Of a stretch of 64,000 nt of DNA, positions 8,465-19,686 are shown in pieces (within the stretch, counting starts at the first letter, position 1; each line of letters opens with the position of its first letter). Below the pieces are notes generated by a model, which saw nothing but the letters and a program-made list of their open reading frames with translations, searched no databases and was not told the DNA's origin. Source of the DNA: an uncultured Gammaproteobacteria bacterium (GTDB taxonomy: Bacteria > Patescibacteriota > Microgenomatia > Levybacterales > GWA1-39-11); the NCBI GenBank assembly GCA_964409875.1, contig CAYPEN010000004.1, forward strand, positions 11,596 through 75,595, in the 5' to 3' direction. Position numbers and translations under genes: made by a program.

Positions 8465-11400
8465 ATGGCAAAACAAACAAAACTACGACAATATTGGGGC
8501 AAACAAGTTGAAAGGTTGCCCGAAATGGATCTTTTGGGGATTCAAAAAGAAAGTTATGATTGGTTCATCCGTGAGGGTATCCGTGAGGTGATTGATGAAA
8601 TTTCTCCTATCGAAGATTTTACTGGAAAAAATTGGGAATTATCGCTTGGCGAATATAGGTTGGGCGAGCCAAAAATCACCGAAGATCTCGCAATGCGAAA
8701 AGGTCTTACCTATTTTTCTCCTCTCACTGTAGAAGCAACACTCCTCAATAAAAAAACCGGAAAGAAAGTATCGCAGGAAGTATTTTTGGGTGAAGTACCA
8801 AAGATGACTGACAGGGCAACCTTCATTGTTAACGGAATTGAGCGTGTTATTGTCAATCAGATCGTACGTTCACCAGGTGTTTTCTTTACTGGCGCTGAAG
8901 ATCCCATAACTGGAAAGACTCTCTATACCGCAGAACTGAGACCTGTTCACGGATCATGGCTTGAGATTTCAACAACAAGAACAGACATGATTGTTGTTAG
9001 AATCGACAGAAGAAAGAAATTCTTGGGAACTGTTTTTCTTAAGGCCCTTGGTATTGAGGCAAATGAGGATATTTATGCAAAATTCAAAGACACTGAGGGT
9101 GCCGAGGAAGTTATCAAGAATACACTCGAGAAAGATGAAGCAAAGGGTTCGACAGACGCACTTATCGAAATCTTCAAGAAATTAAATCCGGGTGAGCCGG
9201 TTGTTATTGATACTATTCGACAGAACTTCAGAGATACATTTTTTGATAGGAGAAGATATGATCTTTCTCGGGTGGGAAGATACAAAATCAATAAAAAATT
9301 AAACGGACTTAATGAAAATGTTTCCCTCGATGTTGCGACCTTAGCGGTTGAGGATATCGTCGGAATCATTAAATATCTTATCGGGTTGTCACAAGGAAAA
9401 GGAAAGGTTGATGACATTGATCATTTGGCAAACAGGCGTGTCAGAAGCGTGGGAGAATTAGTCCAGACAACCGCATTCAGAGTCGGCGCACTTCGTTTGG
9501 AAAGAATCATTAAGGAAAAGATGTCTCTTACCTCAACAGAGGAGATATATTCTCCGTCTCACTTTATCAACGCGCATCCTATTATTGCAGCCATCAATGA
9601 ATTCTTCAGAACATCACAGCTTTCAGCAATCCTCGACCAAACTAATCCGCTCGCAGAAATTGACAATTTAAGAAGACTTACAGTTATGGGAACCGGTGGT
9701 ATTTCTCGGGAAAGAGCATCGTTCTCTATCCGCGATATTAATGCATCTCAATATTCAAAGATTTGTCCTGTCAGAAGCCCTGAAGGACCAAATATTGGTC
9801 TTGTTACTTACCTCGCACTTTATGCAAGAGTTAATGAATTCGGCTTTCTTGAGGCTCCCTATCGGAAAGTAACGCAGGAGAAGAAGGGTGGAAAGACTGT
9901 TTCAAGAGTAACTGACGAAATTGAGTATCTTGATGCTGATGTGGAGTCAGACAAATATATTACCCACGCAGATATTGCCGTTGATGATAAAGGATATATC
10001 GTAGACGAATTGGTTCCGGCGCGTTACAGAGGAGAATATCTTGAGGTAGAAAGAAGCAAAATTGAATACATTGATGTTATTCCGCGTCAAGTAGTTGGTA
10101 CAAGTGCTTCCCTTATTCCTTTTGTAGATCATGACGAAGCGAACAGAGCTCTCATGGGTACTCATATGCAGTGTCAGGCCGTACCATTGGTAAAGACCGA
10201 ATCGCCAGTAGTGGGAACAGGTATGGAAGCAACAGTTGCAGAGGCGATGGGACGGGTTGTTAAAGCACCATTTGATGGAGAGGTTACATTTGTCGATGCA
10301 AATAAGGTAGTTGTTGAAGGTAAAAATGGAAAGATGGAATATGATATTGAAAAATTCAAAAGAACCGCTCAAAACACTTACTTTTCAGAAAAACCCGTCG
10401 TTTTTGCGGGACAGAAAATCAAAAAAGGAGATGTTCTTATCGATGGACCTGCAACTGACAATGGAGAATTGGCGCTCGGAAAGAATTTGCTTATTGCCTA
10501 TGCATCATACGATGGTCTTGGATACGAGGATGCTATTGTTATTTCCGATAGGCTCGTAAAAGACGATGAGCTTACCTCTGTTCATATTGAAAAATACGAA
10601 GCGACTGTTGTTGATACAAAGCTTGGACCTGAGGAAACAACACGGGACATCCCAAATGTTGCAGAGGAAGATTTGGCGAATTTGGATGAAGAAGGTATAG
10701 TTGTTGTCGGTTCTGAAGTTAATCCGGGCGATATTCTTGTAGGAAAGATTGCGCCAAAAGGAGAAACTGAGCTGACAGCAGAAGAAAGACTTTTGAGAGC
10801 AATTTTTGGAGAAAAAGCACGGGAGGTAAGAGACACTTCACTCAGAATGCCTCACGGTGAGCATGGAATTGTAACTTCAGTTCAAGTGCTGGATAGAGAT
10901 AAAGGGGATGAGTTGGAGCCAGGAACTATTAGAAAACTTCTTATCGAGGTCGCGCAGCTTCGGCATGTTGTTGTCGGAGATAAGCTCGCAGGACGGCACG
11001 GCAATAAAGGTGTTATTTCAAAGATTGTTCCCGCTTCAGATATGCCTTATCTTGAAGACGGCACACCGGTTGATATCATCATTTCCCCAATTTCGGTACT
11101 CGGACGTATGAATTTGGGACAGCTTCTTGAAGCTCATGCCGGTTGGGCAGCAAAGCGCTTGGGAGACAAAATCGCAGTGCCCGTTTTTGAGAAAACATCT
11201 GAAGACAGATTGTTCGAACTTCTCAAAGCAGCTGGACTTCCTGCCGATGCTAAAGTAAAATTGTTCGATGCTAGAACCGGAGATGCGTACGAGAATAATG
11301 TAGTCGTTGGAATCGGGTATATCATGAAGCTTATCCACATGGTTGAGGATAAGACTCATGCACGTTCGACAGGACCATACTCTCTTGTCACTCAACAGCC

Positions 11401-11887
11401 TCTTGGTGGAAAAGCTCAAATGGGAGGACAGAGGCTTGGAGAAATGGAGGTATGGGCTCTTGAATCACACAGAGCAGCATATACATTACAGGAGATGTTG
11501 ACCATCAAGTCCGATGACGTTGCCGGAAGAGCTAAAGCATTTGAAGCTATAATTAAAGGAGTTGATATTCCAACTCCAAAGGTGCCAGAATCATTCAAGG
11601 TTCTTATCCGCGAACTTCAGTCTTTGGGTATGAATATCCAGCCGACTCAAGCAGTCATTGCCGATGAGGATGACGAAGATACCACTGATGCGGGGGAGGA
11701 AGTAAAGAAAGAGGCTGAAGAATTGAAAGAGGCACTTGATAGCGAAGATGTTGAGACAAATGAGACAGACGAGGTTTTGACACCGGAAGCAGAATTAACG
11801 GCGACAGCTGAGCTTATTTCTGATTCAGTAGAGCAAACAGAACCGACCGAAGCAGATATTGCCGCTGAAGAAGGAGGAGAAGCCTAA
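8465..11887 (+). CDS. rpoB: RNA polymerase beta subunit
   Basis: GDKLAGRHGNKGVIS, HMVEDKTHARSTGPYSLVTQQPLGG, GQRLGEMEVWA; acidic C-terminal tail. Confidence 0.99.
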   Translation: MAKQTKLRQYWGKQVERLPEMDLLGIQKESYDWFIREGIREVIDEISPIEDFTGKNWELSLGEYRLGEPKITEDLAMRKGLTYFSPLTVEATLLNKKTGKKVSQEVFLGEVPKMTDRATFIVNGIERVIVNQIVRSPGVFFTGAEDPITGKTLYTAELRPVHGSWLEISTTRTDMIVVRIDRRKKFLGTVFLKALGIEANEDIYAKFKDTEGAEEVIKNTLEKDEAKGSTDALIEIFKKLNPGEPVVIDTIRQNFRDTFFDRRRYDLSRVGRYKINKKLNGLNENVSLDVATLAVEDIVGIIKYLIGLSQGKGKVDDIDHLANRRVRSVGELVQTTAFRVGALRLERIIKEKMSLTSTEEIYSPSHFINAHPIIAAINEFFRTSQLSAILDQTNPLAEIDNLRRLTVMGTGGISRERASFSIRDINASQYSKICPVRSPEGPNIGLVTYLALYARVNEFGFLEAPYRKVTQEKKGGKTVSRVTDEIEYLDADVESDKYITHADIAVDDKGYIVDELVPARYRGEYLEVERSKIEYIDVIPRQVVGTSASLIPFVDHDEANRALMGTHMQCQAVPLVKTESPVVGTGMEATVAEAMGRVVKAPFDGEVTFVDANKVVVEGKNGKMEYDIEKFKRTAQNTYFSEKPVVFAGQKIKKGDVLIDGPATDNGELALGKNLLIAYASYDGLGYEDAIVISDRLVKDDELTSVHIEKYEATVVDTKLGPEETTRDIPNVAEEDLANLDEEGIVVVGSEVNPGDILVGKIAPKGETELTAEERLLRAIFGEKAREVRDTSLRMPHGEHGIVTSVQVLDRDKGDELEPGTIRKLLIEVAQLRHVVVGDKLAGRHGNKGVISKIVPASDMPYLEDGTPVDIIISPISVLGRMNLGQLLEAHAGWAAKRLGDKIAVPVFEKTSEDRLFELLKAAGLPADAKVKLFDARTGDAYENNVVVGIGYIMKLIHMVEDKTHARSTGPYSLVTQQPLGGKAQMGGQRLGEMEVWALESHRAAYTLQEMLTIKSDDVAGRAKAFEAIIKGVDIPTPKVPESFKVLIRELQSLGMNIQPTQAVIADEDDEDTTDAGEEVKKEAEELKEALDSEDVETNETDEVLTPEAELTATAELISDSVEQTEPTEADIAAEEGGEA

Positions 11888-11900
11888 AGGCAAAGAACAT

Positions 11901-14900
11901 ATGGAACCACAAGATAATAATCAACAATACAGAGACGGAGCGTTTACATCAAAGACAGTTCAACGGAAGAACGATGTTATCAACATCGCTGACTTTGAAG
12001 GACTTCGAATAACCGTAGCATCACCCGATGACATTAAAAATTGGTCATACGGTGAAGTTACAAAGCCTGAAACCATCAACTACAGAACTTTCAGAGCAGA
12101 AAAAGACGGCCTTTTTGATGAGCGGATTTTTGGTCCTACGAGGGATTTTGAGTGTTACTGTGGAAAGTACAAGAGAATAAGATACAAAGGGATTGTTTGT
12201 GACCGATGTGGTGTTGAGGTTACATACTCCAGAGTCAGACGCGAGAGAATGGGGCATATTACTCTTGCCGCACCCGTAATACACGTATGGTTCTCAAAAG
12301 GTTCACCTTCAAAGCTTTCAACGCTTCTTGGTACCTCTCAAAAAGAGCTTGAGTCTATTATTTACTACGCTTCGTACCTCGTTACTACAATTGATGAGGA
12401 GAAAAGAAAAGAGGCTCAAAGCAGGCTTGAAGAAGTAAAACAAGCTCGTCTTTCCGAACTTAAGAAGACGATTGAGGATGAAAAGGCAAGACTTGCAAGT
12501 GAGGAGAAAGAAAAACTTAAGGAAACCGAATCAACACTTAAAAAAGAACGGAAGGAATTAGTTCTAGAGGAACAAAGAGTCAACTACAAACAAAAGAATG
12601 CAGCTCTTGATAAGAGACTTGAAAATGAAGGTGGAAGAATTGAAGAGATATTTGAACGTATCAACGACATTGTAAAAGGATTAAAACCTTGGGATGTCCT
12701 TTCAGAGGAAGAATATGTAAGACTTTTGGAGTATGATGTCATCATATTCTTTGAGGTAGAGACAGGAGCATCCGCTATTCTTCATGCTATTGAAGAGATG
12801 GATATTCCAAAAATCATTGGAGAGCTGCGAGAAGAGGAGCAAAAATCTTCAGGACAAAAACAATTGAAGCTTTTGAAACGCCTCCACCTTATTGAAGCTA
12901 TCAACGAAGCAGGATTTGACCTTTCATCAATGGTCTTAAGAGTTTTGCCTGTCCTTCCGCCGGACTTGCGGCCTATGGTTCAACTTAACGGAGGACGATT
13001 TGCAACTTCCGACTTGAATGACCTGTATCGCAGAGTCATCAATAGAAATAACAGGCTTAACCATCTTATTTCCCTAGGTGCTCCTGAAATCATTTTGAGA
13101 AATGAGAAGAGAATGCTTCAAGAATCTGTTGATTATCTTATCGATACTTCTATTCGTGCTTCATCGACCCAAAGACAATTTAAATCATTGTCAGACGTTT
13201 TGAGAGGAAAGCAGGGCCGGTTCAGAAAGAACCTTCTCGGAAAGCGCGTCGATTATTCCGGACGTTCGGTTATTATTGTGGGTCCAGAGTTATCCCTTAA
13301 CCAATGCGGACTTCCGAAAGAAATGGCTCTTGAACTCTTTAAGCCATTTGTTATCCGTGAAATTATTGCCCGCGGACTTACCACTCCGAATGCAAAAGCT
13401 GCAAAGCGTTATATTGAAAAAAGACCACCTGAGGTTTTTGATATTCTAGAAGAGATTACAAAGAACCATCCGGTGCTTCTCAACCGCGCTCCGACCCTTC
13501 ATAAGCTTGGTATCCAGGCATTCTATCCGGTGCTTGTTGAGGGAAGTGCTATCAAAATCCATCCTTGCGTTTGTGCAGGATACAATGCCGACTTTGACGG
13601 AGATCAGATGGCTATTCATGTACCGCTTTCATCGCGTGCGCAAGAAGAGGCAATAAAGCTTATGATGCCTGCATCCAACCTTTTGAAGCCGGCTGACGGA
13701 AATCCAATCACGCTTCCGAATAAAGAAATGGCATTGGGTATGTTCTACCTTACCTCAATTGATGAGTCGAAGAGACGGGAAAATCTTCCTATATTCTCTG
13801 ACTCAAAAGAAGCATATTTGGCGCTTTCTCTTAAGAAGATTTCACTTCGAGAACCTATCATGATACGTTTTGACGGTAAAGTGCTTGAGACTACTCTCGG
13901 ACGGGTCATGTTCAACGAGGCATTGCCCCAGAAAATGAGATTTGTAAATGAAGAAATTAAAGCTTCAACTATCCGTGAGATCATAACTAAGGCTATGGTT
14001 GATATTTCCGAGGATGAAGTAGCTCATCTTATAGATAAGATTAAAGAAATTGGATTTTATGCTGCAACCCTTTCCGGAATTTCAGTATCAACATTTGATT
14101 TGAAGATGCTTGATAACAAGAAGTCCCTTATCGACGAGGCTGAAAAGCAAATTCAAAATATTGAAAATGAATACCAACAGGGTCTTATCACTCTCTCCGA
14201 GCAGAAGAGGCTCATGAATCACGTTTGGCTTGAGGTTACCGAGAAAATGGCAAACCTCACATGGGATTTATTTGCTAAAAATGACATTGTTCGGATCATC
14301 GCAGATTCAGGAGGAGCTAGGGCTGGAAAAGACCAGATTAAGCAGCTTGCTGCTATGAGAGGTCTTATTTACGACCCACTAGGACGTATTGTCGAGCTTC
14401 CTATCAAATCGAATTTCCGTGAAGGTCTTTCAATTTTTGAGTACGTCAATTCAGCCCGTGGTTCGAGAAAAGGTCTTACTGACTCTGCTCTTAAGACCGC
14501 TGATGCAGGATATTTGACGAGACGTTTGGTGGACGTTACCCACGACGTTATTATCCGTGAAGCAGACTGTGGAACTACAATGGGGTATCATGTGTCTCTT
14601 GAGAGTAAAGAAAATATCACCCCTCTTGTGAATATGCTTCTGGGCCGTGTTGCTCTGAAGGACATTTCCTCAAAGAAAACAAAGAAGGTGTATGTAAAGA
14701 AGGGCGATGACATTGACCACGAAAAACTGAATGAAATCCTTAAAGATGATGGCGTAACTTCAGCAGAAGTAAGAACCCCTATTTACTGCCGTCTCAAATA
14801 CGGTATGTGTGCTGCCTGTTACGGATGGGACCTCTCGTCATACAAGAGAGCGGATCTGGGAACACCAGTTGGAGTTATCGCTGCCCAGTCAATTGGTGAG

Positions 14901-15851
14901 CCTGGAACACAGCTTACGATGCGGGTTAAGCATTTTGGAGGAGTCGTTATGTCAGACGTGACGCAAGGGTTGCCTCGTGTTGAAGAGCTTTTTGAAGTAA
15001 GAAGACCTAAGAATTTGGCACCGGTTGCAGAAATTACCGGAAAGGCAAGTGTTGAGAAAGTAGAAGACGGATATATCGTTAAGATTAAAAATACCAAAGT
15101 AAAACCTGTTGAGGAGAGAGAATACTTTGTTCCTCTTGCATCGAGCCTTCTTATCGAAGACGGTGAGCAGGTTGTAGCAGGAACTCAGCTTTGTGAAGGA
15201 CATCTAGATCCCAAAGATGTTTTGAAAGTTGGAGGACTCGAGCGCGCTCAACAATATCTTATCAACCAAATACAGTATGTGTATGAGTCGCAAGGTATTT
15301 CAATTCACTACAAGCACTTTGAAACAATAGTCCGCAAGATGTCTGATAAGGTTATGATTGAGACAGCAGGAGACACGTCCCTTCTACCTGGTGACCTTAT
15401 TTCAAAGCTTCGTTTTGAAGAAGAAAATGCTTCAGTCATTTCTGAAGGTGGAGAGCCGGCAACCGCACGGGAGACTATGCTTGGTGTCACCAAAGCGGCA
15501 CTTGTTACCGACTCGTGGCTTTCTGCAGCATCATTCCAAGAGACTACCCAGGTTTTGACCGATGCTTCTCTTGAAGGGAGAGTCGATGACCTCATCGGAC
15601 TTAAGGAAAATGTTATTGTCGGACGTCTTATTCCTGTCCGTGAGCATTTGATGGATAATTATGTTGATCCTGAAATCCAACCCATCAATGCTCCATCAAG
15701 CATTGAGCATATCTCAAAAGAAGATTTGGAAGCAGGAGAAAAAGCATTGGCAGCGCAAGCAACTGAAGAAGTAGATGCGGAAGTAGCAGAAGAAAAAGAG
15801 CCTGAAGAAGAAACCTCTGCCCCCGATGAGGCTGGAAATGAAGCTGAATAA
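11901..15851 (+). CDS. rpoC: RNA polymerase beta' subunit
   Basis: [10 protein letters not shown] catalytic motif, CYCGKYK zinc finger, [10 protein letters not shown]; ATG 11901 preferred over upstream TTG 11859. Confidence 0.99.
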   Translation: MEPQDNNQQYRDGAFTSKTVQRKNDVINIADFEGLRITVASPDDIKNWSYGEVTKPETINYRTFRAEKDGLFDERIFGPTRDFECYCGKYKRIRYKGIVCDRCGVEVTYSRVRRERMGHITLAAPVIHVWFSKGSPSKLSTLLGTSQKELESIIYYASYLVTTIDEEKRKEAQSRLEEVKQARLSELKKTIEDEKARLASEEKEKLKETESTLKKERKELVLEEQRVNYKQKNAALDKRLENEGGRIEEIFERINDIVKGLKPWDVLSEEEYVRLLEYDVIIFFEVETGASAILHAIEEMDIPKIIGELREEEQKSSGQKQLKLLKRLHLIEAINEAGFDLSSMVLRVLPVLPPDLRPMVQLNGGRFATSDLNDLYRRVINRNNRLNHLISLGAPEIILRNEKRMLQESVDYLIDTSIRASSTQRQFKSLSDVLRGKQGRFRKNLLGKRVDYSGRSVIIVGPELSLNQCGLPKEMALELFKPFVIREIIARGLTTPNAKAAKRYIEKRPPEVFDILEEITKNHPVLLNRAPTLHKLGIQAFYPVLVEGSAIKIHPCVCAGYNADFDGDQMAIHVPLSSRAQEEAIKLMMPASNLLKPADGNPITLPNKEMALGMFYLTSIDESKRRENLPIFSDSKEAYLALSLKKISLREPIMIRFDGKVLETTLGRVMFNEALPQKMRFVNEEIKASTIREIITKAMVDISEDEVAHLIDKIKEIGFYAATLSGISVSTFDLKMLDNKKSLIDEAEKQIQNIENEYQQGLITLSEQKRLMNHVWLEVTEKMANLTWDLFAKNDIVRIIADSGGARAGKDQIKQLAAMRGLIYDPLGRIVELPIKSNFREGLSIFEYVNSARGSRKGLTDSALKTADAGYLTRRLVDVTHDVIIREADCGTTMGYHVSLESKENITPLVNMLLGRVALKDISSKKTKKVYVKKGDDIDHEKLNEILKDDGVTSAEVRTPIYCRLKYGMCAACYGWDLSSYKRADLGTPVGVIAAQSIGEPGTQLTMRVKHFGGVVMSDVTQGLPRVEELFEVRRPKNLAPVAEITGKASVEKVEDGYIVKIKNTKVKPVEEREYFVPLASSLLIEDGEQVVAGTQLCEGHLDPKDVLKVGGLERAQQYLINQIQYVYESQGISIHYKHFETIVRKMSDKVMIETAGDTSLLPGDLISKLRFEEENASVISEGGEPATARETMLGVTKAALVTDSWLSAASFQETTQVLTDASLEGRVDDLIGLKENVIVGRLIPVREHLMDNYVDPEIQPINAPSSIEHISKEDLEAGEKALAAQATEEVDAEVAEEKEPEEETSAPDEAGNEAE

Positions 15852-15871
15852 AGTGTATAATCTCTAGACCT

Positions 15872-16297
15872 ATGCCAACACTCAATCAACTCGTTAAAAA
15901 AGGACGAGCAAAAAAAGGAAAAAAGATCAAAGCAACCGGTCTTCGCACTATTTTTAATGCAAAAAATAGGGCGTACACTGAGAATCCTTCCCCTCAAAAA
16001 AGAGGAGTAGTAACGTTGGTGCGTACCATGACTCCTAAGAAACCTAATTCAGCTCTTCGAAAAGTTGCAAGGGTAAAGCTTTCAAACCGGGAAGAGGTCA
16101 CTGCATATATTCAGGGTATTGGGCACAATTTAGCTGAGCATGGTATTGTTTTGGTCCGTGGAGGGAGAGTCAAGGATTTACCGGGTGTGAAATACCACTT
16201 AATAAGAGGAAAGTTTGATTTGGCAGGAGTTCAAAATAGAAAAACATCACGCAGTAAATATGGAGCAAAGAAAGGAGGCGGCGCACAAGCGCAATAG
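15872..16297 (+). CDS. rpsL: 30S ribosomal protein S12
   Basis: [33 protein letters not shown]. Confidence 0.99.
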   Translation: MPTLNQLVKKGRAKKGKKIKATGLRTIFNAKNRAYTENPSPQKRGVVTLVRTMTPKKPNSALRKVARVKLSNREEVTAYIQGIGHNLAEHGIVLVRGGRVKDLPGVKYHLIRGKFDLAGVQNRKTSRSKYGAKKGGGAQAQ

Positions 16298-16352
16298 TTA
16301 ATAGTCAATAGATAATAATAAATTAGCTATTAGTTATCAGCTATCAGCCATT
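16293..16352. repeat. Inverted arrangement of heptamer tandem repeats (AATAGNN x3 / AGYYATY x4)
   Basis: AATAGTT AATAGTC AATAGAT followed by AGCTATT AGTTATC AGCTATC AGCCATT, the approximate reverse complement. Confidence 0.7.
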
Positions 16353-16357
16353 AAATT

Positions 16358-16837
16358 ATGCCAAGAGGACATAGAGTCGTTGAAAAAAGAAAATTGAATC
16401 CTGACCCAATTTATGGGAGTGTTTTGCTTTCAAAATTCATCAACAACGTAATGGAAGACGGCAAAAAGACGGTCGCACAACAAAACGTTTACAAAGCACT
16501 TGATATCCTAAAAGAAAAAGGTCTTGAGCCGTTAGCGACCTTCGAAAAGGCGTTAGACACCATTGCTCCAAAGCAGGAAGTACGCCCGAAAAGAGTCGGA
16601 GGCGCTGCTTATCAGGTTCCACAGGAAGTACGGGGAACCCGCAAAGTTTCACTTGCCATCCGTTGGCTTTTGGAAGCAACGAGAAAAAAACCAAATACAG
16701 AGTTTAAAACCTTCTCAGAAAAACTTGCTGCAGAAATCCAGGCAGCACTCAACAACGAGGGTGAGGCTATCAGAAAGCGCGACACCGTCCACAAAATGGC
16801 AGATGCTAACAAAGCATTTGCCCACTTCAGATTCTAA
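16358..16837 (+). CDS. rpsG: 30S ribosomal protein S7
   Basis: PDPIYGS, RVGGAAYQVP, HKMADANKAFAHFRF. Confidence 0.99.
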   Translation: MPRGHRVVEKRKLNPDPIYGSVLLSKFINNVMEDGKKTVAQQNVYKALDILKEKGLEPLATFEKALDTIAPKQEVRPKRVGGAAYQVPQEVRGTRKVSLAIRWLLEATRKKPNTEFKTFSEKLAAEIQAALNNEGEAIRKRDTVHKMADANKAFAHFRF

Positions 16838-16863
16838 ATTCTCCCCGGTTTTATTTTTCATAT

Positions 16864-17300
16864 ATGATCAAAACCTTTTTTTGGTGGGTTTTTTGGTGTA
16901 CTCTTTGTTCGGATTTATTGTGGGGTTTAGAAATACTAAAATTAAACAAAATCCCTACGGTCATTCCCAATTTTTCTATCCCATAGGTGCATTCGTGTGG
17001 GCGGATGCGGTCGTTTTTGGCTTGTTTTTTTCTGTGGTAAGTTTGATATGTTTAACTTTGCAAAATTTTGTGTTCTTTATCCTCGTCTATTCTCTTTTTT
17101 GGACAATACGAAGTATCGGTGAACAATTTTATTGGTTTTTGGAGCAGTTTGCTTCAATTCATAGAAACCCTGAGCACACATTGTGGCTCTCAAAATTTTT
17201 CCCAAAAAATTCTTCCTGGATTGCGATGCAGGTCTTTTGGCAATGCATAAGTGTGGTGTCAATTATCTCTACCGTTTTGGCTTTTTCTAAATTTATATAA
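16864..17300 (+). CDS. Hypothetical 4-TM membrane protein, start uncertain (ATG 16864 is one base out of frame; in-frame TTG at 16881)
   Basis: Hydrophobic helices, GAFVWADAVVFG and RSIGEQFYWFLEQF; the 5' part of the 16563 ORF overlaps rpsG and is spurious. Confidence 0.6.
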
Positions 17301-17714
17301 TTATTTATTTACCTTAGAAAAAATTAGTCCAGCGGCTATAGCCTCAAAAAGTCCTCCAACTGACCAGGAAATAACTAAAGGCAGTGACACCTGAAAACTG
17401 CTGTAGGTAATGAACATTCCCGCAATTGAGGAAGCAACCCAATACCAGAACCCAAATTTCAATCCTCTCATGTAGTATTCTTTATCAGTAAGAAGTTTTT
17501 TTGTCTTATCCCACATAACAGAAAGAAGAACTCCCAATACAAAAGGATATACATAGAAAAGCGACATGAGGGGGTCAGTCCACGGCCGGAATACATTCTG
17601 ATTGGTATATTCGGAAGTTATTGTGGGCATAATAAGTTGTGAAAAAAAACTTACTGCAATTGAAATGACAAAAATTCCCACACCTGCTAAAAGCCCTTGA
17701 AGAAGAAACTTCAT
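17301..17714 (-). CDS. Hypothetical 4-TM membrane protein
   Basis: SD AGGAGGTGA upstream of ATG 17714; four hydrophobic segments. Confidence 0.75.
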   Translation of the reverse strand: MKFLLQGLLAGVGIFVISIAVSFFSQLIMPTITSEYTNQNVFRPWTDPLMSLFYVYPFVLGVLLSVMWDKTKKLLTDKEYYMRGLKFGFWYWVASSIAGMFITYSSFQVSLPLVISWSVGGLFEAIAAGLIFSKVNK

Positions 17715-17782
17715 AGAAATCACCTCCTTTCGAGTCCATTATCGCGCAAATGAGATTATGAGGCGGTGATATGAATCACAGG

Positions 17783-18376
17783 TTAGAAGTGAAGAGAGGA
17801 AGTGAAATTGCCTATCAGCTCTTTGAGCTTTTCGAGGAAGTCTTTGAGTCCTGCACCGAGTATTTGAGCCTCAGTTGGCGTAACTGTTGGTGTAAGTGTT
17901 TCACTTGGAGTGGCTGTAGGAGTCTCAGTTGGCGTCACCGATTCTGTAGGTGTAACTGAAGGCGTTTCGGTTGGACTAATGCTTGGCGAAAGAGAGGGGC
18001 TTACGCTTGGCGTGACAGTAAGAGTTATTGTAGGCCGACCTACATGAATATCATCATCGTCGTCTATATCATTATCATCATCGTCATGATGTTTTTTTCC
18101 AATATCTGACTTGGCAACAGCACTTACTGCTTTCCCACCCTCATGTTCGTGTGCTTCATCCGAAACGGCTTCTCCATGATTTTTTAAGGTAGGAGAAGTT
18201 GATACTGGTGGAGTGGTTGAAGTGGTAGTTGTCTTGTGTTCATTTTCTTTCTCTTCATGTGTTTGTATGTTGGAGGTATCCGTGGCATGTTCGTTCACAT
18301 GCTCATTTGATGCTGCAACTTGTTGGGCTGCGAAAAGAATTATGAGAGTAAGAGTTGCGAATGTTAATTTTTTCAT
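17783..18376 (-). CDS. Secreted low-complexity protein (His/Asp-rich, Thr-Pro repeats)
   Basis: Signal peptide MKKLTFATLTLIILFAAQQVAA; NHGEAVS..VSAVAKS, HHDDDDNDIDDDDD, TPTETP repeats. Confidence 0.8.
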   Translation of the reverse strand: MKKLTFATLTLIILFAAQQVAASNEHVNEHATDTSNIQTHEEKENEHKTTTTSTTPPVSTSPTLKNHGEAVSDEAHEHEGGKAVSAVAKSDIGKKHHDDDDNDIDDDDDIHVGRPTITLTVTPSVSPSLSPSISPTETPSVTPTESVTPTETPTATPSETLTPTVTPTEAQILGAGLKDFLEKLKELIGNFTSSLHF

Positions 18377-18388
18377 GACATTGATTAG

Positions 18389-18414
18389 AACGAACTGCAA
18401 TTTGGTTTGTTACA
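18389..18414 (-). promoter_or_regulatory. ECF-type promoter TGTAAC-N16-CGTT
   Basis: Minus strand TGTAAC aaaccaaattgcagtt CGTT, 12 nt before ATG 18376 and adjacent to an ECF sigma gene. Confidence 0.65.
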
Positions 18415-18465
18415 TTTTCCTCTTTTGAACGTTCTAATAAGTAGGTGTGATACAATAGTGCCCCC

Positions 18466-19011
18466 ATGGAAGATGAAAAATTACTCATAAAGAAGGCACA
18501 AAAAGGAGACACCGAAGCATATGGAGTTATCTATAAGAAGTACTTTCAAAAGCTCTACAGATATTGTAAGTTCAATACGAAAAGCGATGAGCACGCAAAA
18601 GACATTTGCCAGGAATCTTTTGTGAAAGCATGGAAAAAATTGAAGGATTTTAAGACCGAAGGGCAGTGGTCAATACAAGCTTTTTTGTTCACCATAGCAA
18701 GAAACCTCATTATTGATGCTACCCGCAAAAAAAAAGAATTTGCTCTTGAAGAATTTGAGAGTCTGCCGGATGAAAAGGATCTTTATGAAGAGATAGATAG
18801 GAAACAAGACATAACAAGAGTAAGAAATGTGCTTTCAAAACTTGAGGATTTTGAGCGGCAAATAATACTTTTAAGATATTTTGAGGAAATGAGTTCTCAA
18901 GAGGTCGCTCACATACTGGGAGTAAAAGATGGGGCATTAAGGGTACGCACCTTTCGCGTTATGCAGAAAATGAAAGATATATTTGAAACATTGTATGGAA
19001 CACGAAATTGA
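18466..19011 (+). CDS. ECF RNA polymerase sigma factor
   Basis: AKDICQESFVKAW, FLFTIARNLIID, region 4 RQIILLRYFEEMSSQEVAHILG. Confidence 0.95.
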   Translation: MEDEKLLIKKAQKGDTEAYGVIYKKYFQKLYRYCKFNTKSDEHAKDICQESFVKAWKKLKDFKTEGQWSIQAFLFTIARNLIIDATRKKKEFALEEFESLPDEKDLYEEIDRKQDITRVRNVLSKLEDFERQIILLRYFEEMSSQEVAHILGVKDGALRVRTFRVMQKMKDIFETLYGTRN

Positions 19012-19633
19012 AAAATTAAAACAAGCATATCTTGCTACAAAGCCGCCTATGGAACTCGAGTTTTATGGGTATGAGGACGTGATCGATAGACTAAAAAATA
19101 GGAGAAATCCACTTCATTTATACCGGTTTGTGGGCATGGTTATAGTAATCCTTATTGCCTTGAGTGGTTTTGCAGGTATAACATTGGCATCGAAACCAAC
19201 TTCAACCCTGTATCCTTTAAGAGTTGCAGCTCAAAATGCAATTGCAAATATAACTCACACAAGTCCAAAAAATATTGAAGAGACAATTGATAATATAATT
19301 TCCCCCAAAAAAATTACCCCACCTGTTGCTCCGGTTATTATTCAGTCTGCACCAACTCCCACTTCCACCCCAAGCCCGGCAGTGAAAAAAAGCATCCGCA
19401 CCGAAAATGAAAGAGGGATAAATGACGAGTTACATGATGAAGAAAGAAAAGAACAAAAAGTAGAAGACGCACATACTCAAGAGGTAAAAGGTGTTACTAC
19501 TACAAAAGAGCCTGAAAAAAAGGAAGAAGTTAAAACCTCACAACAAAATCAAGAACATTCTGAAGAGAAAAAACAAAATGAAAACAACAGCTCATCCCAT
19601 AAAAACAATTCTAGCAACCACGACGAAGATTAA
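18995..19633 (+). CDS. Putative membrane anti-sigma factor (DUF5667-like motif)
   Basis: Overlaps the sigma stop codon; short cytoplasmic N-terminus, one TM, then ASKPTSTLYPLR and a low-complexity tail. Confidence 0.7.
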   Translation: MEHEIEKLKQAYLATKPPMELEFYGYEDVIDRLKNRRNPLHLYRFVGMVIVILIALSGFAGITLASKPTSTLYPLRVAAQNAIANITHTSPKNIEETIDNIISPKKITPPVAPVIIQSAPTPTSTPSPAVKKSIRTENERGINDELHDEERKEQKVEDAHTQEVKGVTTTKEPEKKEEVKTSQQNQEHSEEKKQNENNSSSHKNNSSNHDED

Positions 19634-19686
19634 TTTTATCCTATAATCTTGTAAAAAATTGAACCCTGAGCTATAATTGTCCCTCT

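Noticed and set aside
16563-16863. 5' extension of the 245-aa ORF overlapping rpsG
   Set aside because: It is an alternative frame over a conserved ribosomal gene; only the hydrophobic part after about 16864 looks like a real protein.
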